From the IMG/VR virus record IMGVR_UViG_3300046787_000098, positions 1 through 57,054 of that record: a stretch of 57,054 nt of DNA; one strand, written 5' to 3'. This document shows positions 35,045 through 43,160 of this stretch, one piece after another (position 1 is the first letter of the stretch; the number at the start of each line of letters is the position of its first letter). This DNA comes from a virus (lineage: Duplodnaviria; Caudoviricetes). The notes beneath the pieces were generated by a model. It searched no databases. It saw only the letters and a program-made list of their open reading frames with translations, and was not told the origin of the DNA. Both the position numbers and the translations under genes were made by a program.

Positions 35045-36114
35045 TATCTTGTGTACACCGAGATGTTAGGGGCGAAGTAGATGGGTGACTTATCGCGTTC
35101 TTCTTGTTCGACCATGTTCAGATACTTTTCGGCTTGGCCCTCGAGGTACTGGATGCGTGCCATGTCAACACCGGGCAACTCGAGGCTCATCCTGTGAGCC
35201 AGCATCATCAAAGTAGCCTCATACCAGCGTGTTGGGATGTACAGCTCGTCTGTCAGCGCACCAACGTCCATGATCTGCTTGCTGTACCACACCGTGATCT
35301 GCACGAATGGGTCGCTAGGGACAGGCCACAGATACAGTGAGGGCAGTGGAATTGTGCGATCAAACCAGAATTGGAAGGGTTGGTTCGCTGTGAAGTTCTT
35401 GTTTGGCAGGTTTGTGTAGTCGTCGCGGTTCAAACGAGACATTGTGATCTCGGTTGAGTTGTTTCCAACGTAAAACTCACGCAAAGCCAAGGTTGTGCCA
35501 CCAGAGGCGCGGACACGGTAATACTGGACAGCTTGCCCCGGGTTTATATCCGTCCAAATCCACTGGTTGTCAGTCACAGTCACCGTTCCGAGGCTCTCAA
35601 GCGTCGACCATGTGCTGTTATCTGTCGAATATTCGAGGGTCAGCGTCCATGTTGCGCTACCACCACCTGCCACGTAGGGCAAGATACCGATGGAGCCAGC
35701 ATAAATGTCTTGGTTTGTACCAAAATTGGCTGAAATGTTGCCGTTTGCGCTTGTCTGCTGGCAGTACGTGTCGACGTCATTGTCACCAACGTTAGCCACA
35801 GTACCGCCTGCTGAGCTGGTGTAACTGCAATCAGGGCGGTTCATCGTGCGATAGAGCACGTTTAGAGCGTCGTTTGCACCAGCAGGCAGGGTGTATATGT
35901 AATTGTTCGCAGAAGCGCCCAAAACGATCTTATCGATGGCGAAATACTGGATCCCGATGTTGATCAGGTTCTGCAAAAGAAAGCCAAGAGACTGACGAGC
36001 GGAGACAAGTTGCTCAGAGGTCAGCTCTTCAGCCAATTTGCCAGCACGTCTCGCACCATGATCAATCAGGGTTTGGACATTAACTGTTTGACCGTATGTG
36101 TCGGAGTACGCCAT
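35044..36114 (-). CDS. Head-tail connector/adaptor-like protein with inserted discoidin-like domain
   Basis: SARQSL.FLL N-terminus; RLNRDDY.NLPNK...P.QFWFDR...LYLWPVP. Confidence 0.6.
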   Translation of the reverse strand: MAYSDTYGQTVNVQTLIDHGARRAGKLAEELTSEQLVSARQSLGFLLQNLINIGIQYFAIDKIVLGASANNYIYTLPAGANDALNVLYRTMNRPDCSYTSSAGGTVANVGDNDVDTYCQQTSANGNISANFGTNQDIYAGSIGILPYVAGGGSATWTLTLEYSTDNSTWSTLESLGTVTVTDNQWIWTDINPGQAVQYYRVRASGGTTLALREFYVGNNSTEITMSRLNRDDYTNLPNKNFTANQPFQFWFDRTIPLPSLYLWPVPSDPFVQITVWYSKQIMDVGALTDELYIPTRWYEATLMMLAHRMSLELPGVDMARIQYLEGQAEKYLNMVEQEERDKSPIYFAPNISVYTR

Positions 36115-36126
36115 TGTTGATTCCTC

Positions 36127-36645
36127 TTACCAGCCGGGGCAATTCCACCGTTGCATCGATGCACGCGATCTACTGCCCTTTTCGCTCTTTTCTGCCACAG
36201 GCTCCATTCTCGCGCAAAACGAGTCCCTACGGGCACCGCCTTGGGGCTGTGGAGCCTTTAAATTTGATCCTGTCTCACGGTTGTACTTGGCACGACCTTT
36301 TGCGGTCAAACCAGCACCCTTGTCAGCAGGAAGCTTCTCGCCACGACCGATAGCCAAGCTAGGGCCACCGTTCTTCATTTTGGCTGTTTTGGCTGACTCT
36401 TTAAAAGCGTTCGCAGTTGGCGCACCTTTGCTACCTGCTCTGCGCATTTTCTCGCCAGAGCCTTCAGCGATTCTTTCGCGCTTTGCATGAATGTTGGCAT
36501 AGAGGCCACCTTCCTTGAATTCTTTGCCCTTGTCAGCCTTGGCAAACTCTTTGCCGACCTTCTGGGGCACACCACCAAAGCCACCCTTTGTGTGGGCGGC
36601 GGCTTGCATCAGCTTGTGTTGGGCGGCGGACTTGCTAGGCATCAT
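36127..36645 (-). CDS. Basic modular virion-associated protein (RRDSFCARM...RWNC C-terminal domain)
   Basis: Three short modules separated by FKEGG and MKNGG. Confidence 0.7.
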   Translation of the reverse strand: MMPSKSAAQHKLMQAAAHTKGGFGGVPQKVGKEFAKADKGKEFKEGGLYANIHAKRERIAEGSGEKMRRAGSKGAPTANAFKESAKTAKMKNGGPSLAIGRGEKLPADKGAGLTAKGRAKYNRETGSNLKAPQPQGGARRDSFCARMEPVAEKSEKGSRSRASMQRWNCPGW

Positions 36646-37223
36646 GCCACCTGATTGATTGTCATCACCACAGATGCGGTGGAGGGCCAGCTTGCGCCAG
36701 CGGCAAGGGTTCTAATGTTAACTGTCGTGCTTGCCGAAGTCCAAACCAACTGGATGTAGTCGTTTGCCGCAAGATCTAGGAAGAAGTTCCAGCCAACAAT
36801 AGCATGACCATCGACGCTACCGTGGCTGTTTGGAACTGATACCAAGCCAGTAGATCCACCAATGTCGGTTCCGTTTTTACGCAACCAAACGTAGATGTCT
36901 TGCAACTGAACGCTAGTACAGCCAAACTGAATGCTGAACTGGAAGTTGTACTTGCCAGCTTTGGTAACGGTAAGCCGAGAACCAGAGACCAACGTAATGC
37001 CTGTTGCCCAGCTCGTGGTGTTAAAAGTCACGACAGCAGGAGTGTTTGCAGTTACAAGGTTTTGGTTCGTGTAGTCTTCAAACGCCGCATTTGCACCATA
37101 GGTAAATGTAGTCAGCGTAGACAGAGTTGTTTGGACGTTCCCGCCAGATTGAACCAGAGGAACAAGTTCAGCGCCTGTAAGCGTTGCCGCACTGGGCATT
37201 GCCGAGATTTTTTGGTCAGCCAT
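36642..37223 (-). CDS. Fibre-like protein with C1q/TNF-like (BclA-type) C-terminal domain
   Basis: KISAMP.A..LTG.EL.P.VQ.G N-terminus; AGKYNFQFSIQ...VWLRKNG...L.ANDYIQL.W. Confidence 0.65.
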   Translation of the reverse strand: MADQKISAMPSAATLTGAELVPLVQSGGNVQTTLSTLTTFTYGANAAFEDYTNQNLVTANTPAVVTFNTTSWATGITLVSGSRLTVTKAGKYNFQFSIQFGCTSVQLQDIYVWLRKNGTDIGGSTGLVSVPNSHGSVDGHAIVGWNFFLDLAANDYIQLVWTSASTTVNIRTLAAGASWPSTASVVMTINQVA

Positions 37224-37456
37224 TAGTTGCTCTCCAGTTCAATTTTGCTATTGTCTTCTTGCAAGACGTATCCTGAGTTTTCCATCAGAATGTAAAACTT
37301 AGTCCGTGCCGCACCGCCATAGAGGTCAACAACTCCGTTGTCCCCTACGTCGTCGCCCGGGGTTGATCCCACCACGTTTGCGGCAGTCACATTTAAAGCA
37401 AACCCATCGCTGGTATTTGCTTGATTGGCTACGCCTGTGTAACCAACATAAGGCAT
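37223..37456 (-). CDS. Small virion protein
   Basis: ILMENSGYVLQED.SKI.LE motif; coupled. Confidence 0.6.
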   Translation of the reverse strand: MPYVGYTGVANQANTSDGFALNVTAANVVGSTPGDDVGDNGVVDLYGGAARTKFYILMENSGYVLQEDNSKIELESN

Positions 37457-37457
37457 A

Positions 37458-37760
37458 TCAAATACCTGCTTGGATGAGGTTCAAGGTCGCTGTACCAGCA
37501 CCAGAGTTCACCAGAACCTTGATACCAGTCACAGGGAACGCATAGTTACCATCTTGGTTGTCAGTCTTGCTGGCAATCGTAGGATGGCTGAACCAAGTCG
37601 TAAAACCCACAGCAGGGTCATCAAAAGTGTGCTGGACGGTATAGTTGACCGTGCCAGTCGCCACAACACCAAAGCCCACATTGAAGGGGCTGATATTCGT
37701 ATTCATCACCAAAGCGGAACTAGATCCAGTACCCGTCTTCGAAACTGTTTGCACTTTCAT
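37458..37760 (-). CDS. Small beta-sandwich structural protein
   Basis: GGAG RBS, start MKVQTV; YTVQHTFDD motif. Confidence 0.7.
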   Translation of the reverse strand: MKVQTVSKTGTGSSSALVMNTNISPFNVGFGVVATGTVNYTVQHTFDDPAVGFTTWFSHPTIASKTDNQDGNYAFPVTGIKVLVNSGAGTATLNLIQAGI

Positions 37761-37772
37761 GCGATTCTCCAT

Positions 37773-37800
37773 TTAAAAGTGGGAGCCGAAGCCCCCACTT
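37773..37800 (-). terminator. Intrinsic terminator with UUCG loop
   Basis: AAGTGGGGGC-TTCG-GCTCCCACTT-TT. Confidence 0.75.
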
Positions 37801-37804
37801 AGGT

Positions 37805-38821
37805 TCAGCACTTAACTGATCCACCACGTTTCTTAGCAGGAGATACTGTCACGGACTTCTCAGTCTTGGTGACAGAGCCAGCAGGCTTGTCCTTGCTAGT
37901 AAACAGACTCTTCGCACCCTCATACAGCTTGCTAGGGATGTCACGGATGGTTTTAGCCATGCTCATGTCTTCCTCAGATGGGCCGATTGATTTGTCGTAA
38001 GCGCCTTTGGAAAGGTCAGTTACTTTCCCGCCAGATTGATACTTCAGGTTGCTCTGGGCTTTCGCTTGCTTCATCGCTGTTGCGTTCTCAGACTTGAAGT
38101 TACTTTGCAGTTTCTTCTCGGCTGGAGTCACACTGCCACCCTTTTTAAAGGTGCCAGATTGACGATCATTGCTGACAGGGGCAGACGGCTTTTTTGCTGG
38201 GTAGGCTACGGCGTGACCGCTGTTATTAACAGCTCCCCCCGTAGCGTAGTGCTTTTTTGCCGCACCGCCTTTTTTGTAGCCACCAGCGTTGCCCATCTTT
38301 ACTTCGCCTGTGGGGGCGGAGTTAGTGTCAGGTTTAGCTGTGTCCATCTTGGTGTTGCGGTACTCGCCACCTTGTTTTTCGGTGTTGATGATGCCGCCCT
38401 TTTTGTAGCCGCCTTGACCATTGACAACGCCGCCCGTGGCGTAACCAGCAGGCTTCGTCGACTTGGCAATGCCACCAGTAGCCAGACCTTTGTGGGCCTT
38501 GCTTGCTGGTTTGCCTTCGTGAGACTTCAGCTCAGACTTAATGCCTTTGAGGGCCTTCATCTCAGCTTTGTGCTCACCCTTGGACTCGCCACCTTCCTTC
38601 ATGCCCAACATAGCCGCACGACGTGCCGCCATAGTAGGACGCTTAGGACGAGCGACGGGCATCATGCCGCCACGAGCAGGCATAGCAGAACCCATGGAAG
38701 AGCCCATAGGCGCACCCATCATTCCGCCGTCTGCCTTTTTAACGGATCCGCCTTTTTTGAGCTTCAATTCGATTGAAGGCTCTGTGGTCTCCATTTTGAC
38801 CATTGGCTTAAATTGACCCAT
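37805..38821 (-). CDS. Lys/Gly-rich low-complexity protein with about 11 xKxGG/xAxGG motifs
   Basis: LKKGG, KADGG, MKEGG, LATGG, YATGG x2, YKKGG x2, FKKGG, YQSGG, KKRGG. Confidence 0.8.
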   Translation of the reverse strand: MGQFKPMVKMETTEPSIELKLKKGGSVKKADGGMMGAPMGSSMGSAMPARGGMMPVARPKRPTMAARRAAMLGMKEGGESKGEHKAEMKALKGIKSELKSHEGKPASKAHKGLATGGIAKSTKPAGYATGGVVNGQGGYKKGGIINTEKQGGEYRNTKMDTAKPDTNSAPTGEVKMGNAGGYKKGGAAKKHYATGGAVNNSGHAVAYPAKKPSAPVSNDRQSGTFKKGGSVTPAEKKLQSNFKSENATAMKQAKAQSNLKYQSGGKVTDLSKGAYDKSIGPSEEDMSMAKTIRDIPSKLYEGAKSLFTSKDKPAGSVTKTEKSVTVSPAKKRGGSVKC

Positions 38822-38832
38822 GATTGTGCTCC

Positions 38833-39282
38833 TTAGACTTTCTGAGCATACACAACGGTCAGGCGAATAACGCCTTGTGTTGTGCTGATCGTGCCGTTAG
38901 GGTCAAGCGTAACGACGACAGAGGTATTGCTACCAATGTCGCTCATTGCGAGCAACTGAGCGGCTGTGAAGGTTAAGGCGGCGCGACCACCTGCAAACAC
39001 ATCAGTCGAGGACACGTATTGTGTACCTGCGGCGGCTGTGCCAACGGTCATTGCAATTGCAGTAGCTGTACCGCCACCAACCACTTCGTCCACAACCATG
39101 TCAGCAAAAATGCTGATGATTTGTGAGGAAGCAGGAAGAGTCAGTGTTGAGCTAGTAGCAGTGCCTGCGGCGGCGGTTGTGACAGTAGTTGTCTGAGTCA
39201 TGACGACGAAACCGCCATCAGTAGTGTCAGTCAATGTGCCAGAACCTGCACGCAGGGTAGAACCAAAATAGGTTTGTGCCAT
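38833..39282 (-). CDS. Capsid-associated (decoration/spike-base-like) protein
   Basis: Follows the MCP; LPA.SQI..I..D...VGT...G..Y pattern; AAGGAG RBS. Confidence 0.6.
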   Translation of the reverse strand: MAQTYFGSTLRAGSGTLTDTTDGGFVVMTQTTTVTTAAAGTATSSTLTLPASSQIISIFADMVVDEVVGGGTATAIAMTVGTAAAGTQYVSSTDVFAGGRAALTFTAAQLLAMSDIGSNTSVVVTLDPNGTISTTQGVIRLTVVYAQKV

Positions 39283-39296
39283 TGTCTTTTCTCCTT

Positions 39297-39321
39297 AAAA
39301 CGTAGGGGCCGAAGCCCCCAC
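39297..39321 (-). terminator. Terminator after the major capsid gene
   Basis: GTGGGGGC-TTCG-GCCCCTAC-GTTTT. Confidence 0.7.
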
Positions 39322-39327
39322 TTGGGT

Positions 39328-40245
39328 TTAGACGCCAGCAGTGCCGTACATTGCACGAGGATCAGTGAAGCCCACGTCGTAACGCTCTGTCGCTTTATAG
39401 CGCATAGAGTCAGTTTCGAAGTCGCCTTCCATAGTCTTCTCGAGCTTACGACGCATCATCAGCTTCATGCCTTCAGGAGCGTCGGTTTGTACCCACCATG
39501 ACGATGCGTTGGTCAAACGTGACAAGACAGCCGCGCCTTCGTCCAACAAACCGATGGACTTGACAGGGTTGATGTCGTTGTTTGCGTTACCAGCACGCAA
39601 GACGGATTTCAACAGAACTTCAGCTTGGAAGACGTTGCCGGGGGCGACCACCAACTGGCGGGGCACCAAACGAATTTTCTTACCGTTGTTGTCCACAGCT
39701 TGACGAATCTGGATCAACATCTGCTCAAGCGATGTCTGTGACAGATTGGCGGCTGTAGCCAATTGGTTGCTGAATGTACCGTTCACGATTGGGTGATTGG
39801 TTGCAATCAAAGCAACGCCGTCGCCACCTGCTGTAGCACCGCCAGTGAAGGCGTTGTTCAACACGTTAGCAGACAATGTCTCTTTGGTCTCAATCAAAGA
39901 CTGAGCCAAGTGACGTGCGTACACCTGACCGATACGGATGTGGTCACCGTCTTCAACCAAAACTTTGGTCAAAGCGAATGCCAAGCCGTACACAGAGTAC
40001 ACATAGCGTTTCAAGAACAACACACCACCTTGTTGGTACGACACAGGAGTGCCGTCAGGCAACTGAGGTGCGGCACCGAAACCGTACAAGACGGGTTCTT
40101 CGTGGTAGTTGCGTGGGATGCCTTCTTGTTCCGTGAAAACACGAGACCATTCATCGGCACGTTGGTCGTAGACACCGTCAAAACATTCATTCAAGATTGG
40201 TTCGACGATGCTACGAAAGTCGGTACTGCGCATTGGAGCGGCCAT
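39328..40245 (-). CDS. Major capsid protein (Mu gpT-like, HK97 fold)
   Basis: GFGAAP...G; TKET..ANVLNNAF...GDGV.L....HP; EGDFET..MRYKA.ERY..G..DPR..YG; strong RBS and terminator. Confidence 0.9.
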   Translation of the reverse strand: MAAPMRSTDFRSIVEPILNECFDGVYDQRADEWSRVFTEQEGIPRNYHEEPVLYGFGAAPQLPDGTPVSYQQGGVLFLKRYVYSVYGLAFALTKVLVEDGDHIRIGQVYARHLAQSLIETKETLSANVLNNAFTGGATAGGDGVALIATNHPIVNGTFSNQLATAANLSQTSLEQMLIQIRQAVDNNGKKIRLVPRQLVVAPGNVFQAEVLLKSVLRAGNANNDINPVKSIGLLDEGAAVLSRLTNASSWWVQTDAPEGMKLMMRRKLEKTMEGDFETDSMRYKATERYDVGFTDPRAMYGTAGV

Positions 40246-40261
40246 GGTTCATGTCCTCCTA

Positions 40262-40852
40262 TTAGATAGCTACGGGGTAACCACCACCAGACGCGATCTG
40301 GGCATATTGATGCTTAGCCACAGTTGCGCGAACGATAGTGAAAGAGTCTCCCCAAGCATTGCCGGGGTACGGAGCGAGATTGATGATTCGCATTTGAGCG
40401 CCAGAGCCAGCCGCCGCGAGGGTGGTTGACAATGTGCACTGAGACAAACCAGTGGTTGTTGAACCATCAGTTGTGTTGCTCAAATCCGCCTCAGCGCCTA
40501 CAGAAGTCTGCGCCAGTGAACCAGCGGCTTGAACTTCGTAAACGATGTTGGGATCATCATAGTAATAAGCGATGCATGAACCTGTCTGGTATGCAGTAGA
40601 TGCAGGCCAGTAGTTCGATACACGGCGACGACCAGTTGTGTCAGTCCACTCAACACCAGAGAATGCGCCCAAGAACGCATCGCCAGCGGCGGCAACCTGA
40701 ATAACACCAGAGGTGTCCAACTTGACGGGCTGACCCTTCAAGATGTTGGTCGAATAAGTCGAGAGAATACCGTCAGCCAACGCAGTTGCGCGATCCAACC
40801 CAGATGGGTGGTACGCAGGACGCAAACCGAACGGAGCATTTGTAGCAGACAT
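40262..40852 (-). CDS. Capsid cement/decoration protein candidate
   Basis: NAPFGLRP start; G.F.G.E.TD; YDDP..VYEVQ; upstream of the MCP. Confidence 0.65.
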   Translation of the reverse strand: MSATNAPFGLRPAYHPSGLDRATALADGILSTYSTNILKGQPVKLDTSGVIQVAAAGDAFLGAFSGVEWTDTTGRRRVSNYWPASTAYQTGSCIAYYYDDPNIVYEVQAAGSLAQTSVGAEADLSNTTDGSTTTGLSQCTLSTTLAAAGSGAQMRIINLAPYPGNAWGDSFTIVRATVAKHQYAQIASGGGYPVAI

Positions 40853-40870
40853 AGTCTTACTCCTTAGAAG

Positions 40871-41422
40871 TTAGCCCTCAAAAATTGGGGCGCGATTAGA
40901 TTGAGATTGGTCAAACCTACCCATACCATCGCCTTCAACACGTACCAGCGACTTGCCACTGCTGTCACGCTGACCTTGAAGATTCTCAAGCTGTACACGG
41001 ACTTTGTCCGCTTCTTCTTGGGGAGCTTCGTAGTGCAGTTGCGCCATAACGTCTTGGTAGACATCCATGGGCAATTTGAACAGCAACATCTCGTTGCATG
41101 ATATGTATCCAACGTGTTCGCCAGCCTTGACTTTGTAGTTGTCGAAGCCCTTCATCTCATCCGCTCTCACGGGGATGTAGCCTAGACGAACACGCTTGTC
41201 AATGGTGTCGTATGCGTTGGTTGTTGAAAGCCAAATGAGGTGCCAGCCCGGCATCTCTGGTACTTTCGGCAGTGCTGATTGGTTCCATTCATCACTCCAC
41301 ATCTTTCGACGTTCCTGTGAGCTTACGAACTTTGTTTCTGGAGCGGCGCGACTTGCGTCCTCGCTTGCGCGATCATTGCGTCCACCTGCGTTCAGAGATT
41401 TTTTCAAACGTGATTCGGTCAT
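40871..41422 (-). CDS. Head morphogenesis hypothetical protein
   Basis: PGWHL.W.ST...R..LGY.PV...G.I...EMLL.K.P pattern; start at MTESRL. Confidence 0.65.
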   Translation of the reverse strand: MTESRLKKSLNAGGRNDRASEDASRAAPETKFVSSQERRKMWSDEWNQSALPKVPEMPGWHLIWLSTTNAYDTIDKRVRLGYIPVRADEMKGFDNYKVKAGEHVGYISCNEMLLFKLPMDVYQDVMAQLHYEAPQEEADKVRVQLENLQGQRDSSGKSLVRVEGDGMGRFDQSQSNRAPIFEG

Positions 41423-41432
41423 ACTTGTTTCC

Positions 41433-42392
41433 TTAGTAAGAGTTGTTTCGAGCTTCTTGCGCATATCGCTTAATCATCTTGGATCGCTTGTCGGGATCAT
41501 CCCAAAAGCCTGCATCCTTCATAGCACGCACTTGTTCTGGTTTCAAAACAAATGTGTTCCTGTTGGTGCTTCCGTTGACGCTTTCGCGACCAGAACTTGT
41601 TACAACACTCCTTGGTCTCTTAGTAGACGAACGTACGTCCGTGCTGTCATTGTACTTGTGTGGCAAGTACTTATGCAAGCGATTATCGAGTTCATTCCAG
41701 TAGTCAGGTGAAGTTGGATCCCAACCCTCTGAAACTAGCGTCTCGTCAATCTGCTTTGCAATCTTGGAATCGGTGTCCCGACCGTTCGGGTCATACCAAT
41801 CATTCTTCTCCATCCAGTTCGACGCCAAGCGTTGCAGGCGTGGATCTGGGACGTTTCCTTGGGTCTGGCGAGGCTCTACAGCCGCCTTCTTGAAGTTGGA
41901 CAAAGCTTCCATCTGGCGACGGGCTTCGTACATCATCTCTTGGGCTTCTGCCATGGCGTGACCGTCCGAAGCGCTTGCCGCCTCAGAGATCTTCATCTTG
42001 GCGTACTGCAAGCGAAGTTCTTGGTCTTCAATAGCCTTGTCGATACGGGCGAGGTCTGCGGAGTGCGTTTTACGCTCCACAACGGACAAACGCTCCATGA
42101 GTTCTTGGTTCTTGCGTTCCAAGAGCTGGAGTTTCATGTCCTTCTCTACGCCTGTCTTCTTAGCCAGCTCACGCTTAGCCTTACGCTTCTCGCGGCGTGC
42201 ACGCTGGTACTCTGTCTCGTCCTCGGGGGCAACATCGTCGTCACCGTGGTCGTCAGCAGAGCCGCCAGCCGCCATGTCGCGGTCGTCTTCCTGTTCGTCA
42301 GGGCTTTCAATGCTGTCAGGAAGGTCAATAACGGCTGAGCCGTCTGCCTCTTCCGTGACTTTAATCTTGTCCAAATCGTTTTCTGTGGTCAT
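41433..42392 (-). CDS. Capsid scaffolding protein
   Basis: Acidic N-terminus, long coiled coil, W.EKN.W...YW.ELD.RL, L.PEQV.A....G tail; lies between portal and MCP. Confidence 0.7.
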   Translation of the reverse strand: MTTENDLDKIKVTEEADGSAVIDLPDSIESPDEQEDDRDMAAGGSADDHGDDDVAPEDETEYQRARREKRKAKRELAKKTGVEKDMKLQLLERKNQELMERLSVVERKTHSADLARIDKAIEDQELRLQYAKMKISEAASASDGHAMAEAQEMMYEARRQMEALSNFKKAAVEPRQTQGNVPDPRLQRLASNWMEKNDWYDPNGRDTDSKIAKQIDETLVSEGWDPTSPDYWNELDNRLHKYLPHKYNDSTDVRSSTKRPRSVVTSSGRESVNGSTNRNTFVLKPEQVRAMKDAGFWDDPDKRSKMIKRYAQEARNNSY

Positions 42393-42823
42393 AAGAATGC
42401 TTTCATAGCTAAGGGGTCACCAATGACTTTGGCAATAATCTCGTGGTCGTTCAAGATCATGAAGAGGGCTGGGTCTTCGACGTCGTCCTCATTTGGTATC
42501 TTGACTTCCCAACGATCTCCGCCCCATTTAGGGACTCGGATGTAATCGCCGACTTCGCACCATGAACCCTCGGGCCATGACTGCATCGTGTCGCGGTTTT
42601 TGAATGCGAGAGGGCCAATCTCGATGACTTTTGCCACCATGTTGTTCCACTTCTCTGTTTCCTTGGTCTCTTCGACCAAGATGATCCCTGCGCCAGTCGT
42701 TTTCTTCTTTGTGCGACGTAATTGCACCAAAATTCGACCACCTAATGGCTTAGCACCCGGGTTCACAGCGGGAAAGGCCCACTTCACTTCAGCGTTTTCC
42801 AACACTTCGGGGTTATCGCTCAT
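42389..42823 (-). CDS. groES: Co-chaperonin GroES (Cpn10) homolog
   Basis: KPLG.RILV...KT..AGIIL...AKV..IGP...VGD.I...K.GG...ILND.EIIA. Confidence 0.85.
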   Translation of the reverse strand: MSDNPEVLENAEVKWAFPAVNPGAKPLGGRILVQLRRTKKKTTGAGIILVEETKETEKWNNMVAKVIEIGPLAFKNRDTMQSWPEGSWCEVGDYIRVPKWGGDRWEVKIPNEDDVEDPALFMILNDHEIIAKVIGDPLAMKAFL

Positions 42824-43001
42824 CTTCTTCTTCTTTCTTTAACATATTGTTAATAATGTCCAAGGTGTCCTGTAATCCTTGGTACTGCCCGACCATGCGC
42901 TGGTAGGATTCGATATTGACAGCGTTTCCCAACGCTAACGAGAGGCGTATTTCAGCCATCCGTACCTCAATTGCGCCGATCAGATCTCTGATGGAGAACA
43001 T
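42813..43001 (-). CDS. Small helical protein upstream of GroES
   Basis: L..G.A...E.Y..MVG...GL pattern. Confidence 0.7.
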   Translation of the reverse strand: MFSIRDLIGAIEVRMAEIRLSLALGNAVNIESYQRMVGQYQGLQDTLDIINNMLKKEEEDER

Positions 43002-43003
43002 GT

Positions 43004-43159
43004 TTATTTCTTTTTAGCTTGCGATAGGGCGCCTCCTTGTTTTTTTGCTGGCGCTGTGTTGCCAGAGGACTTCAAAGATGTGCCATCGAGCTTCTCGCCT
43101 GCGGCAATACGCTTGTGCATGGGCACTGCTTCGTTGTGATAAGGGTTAGATGTAGCCAT
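43004..43159 (-). CDS. 51-aa basic protein (not in ORF track)
   Basis: MATSNPYHNEAVPMHKRIAAG...PAKKQGGALSQAKKK; AGGAGG RBS; fills the gap exactly. Confidence 0.7.
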   Translation of the reverse strand: MATSNPYHNEAVPMHKRIAAGEKLDGTSLKSSGNTAPAKKQGGALSQAKKK

Positions 43160-43160
43160 T

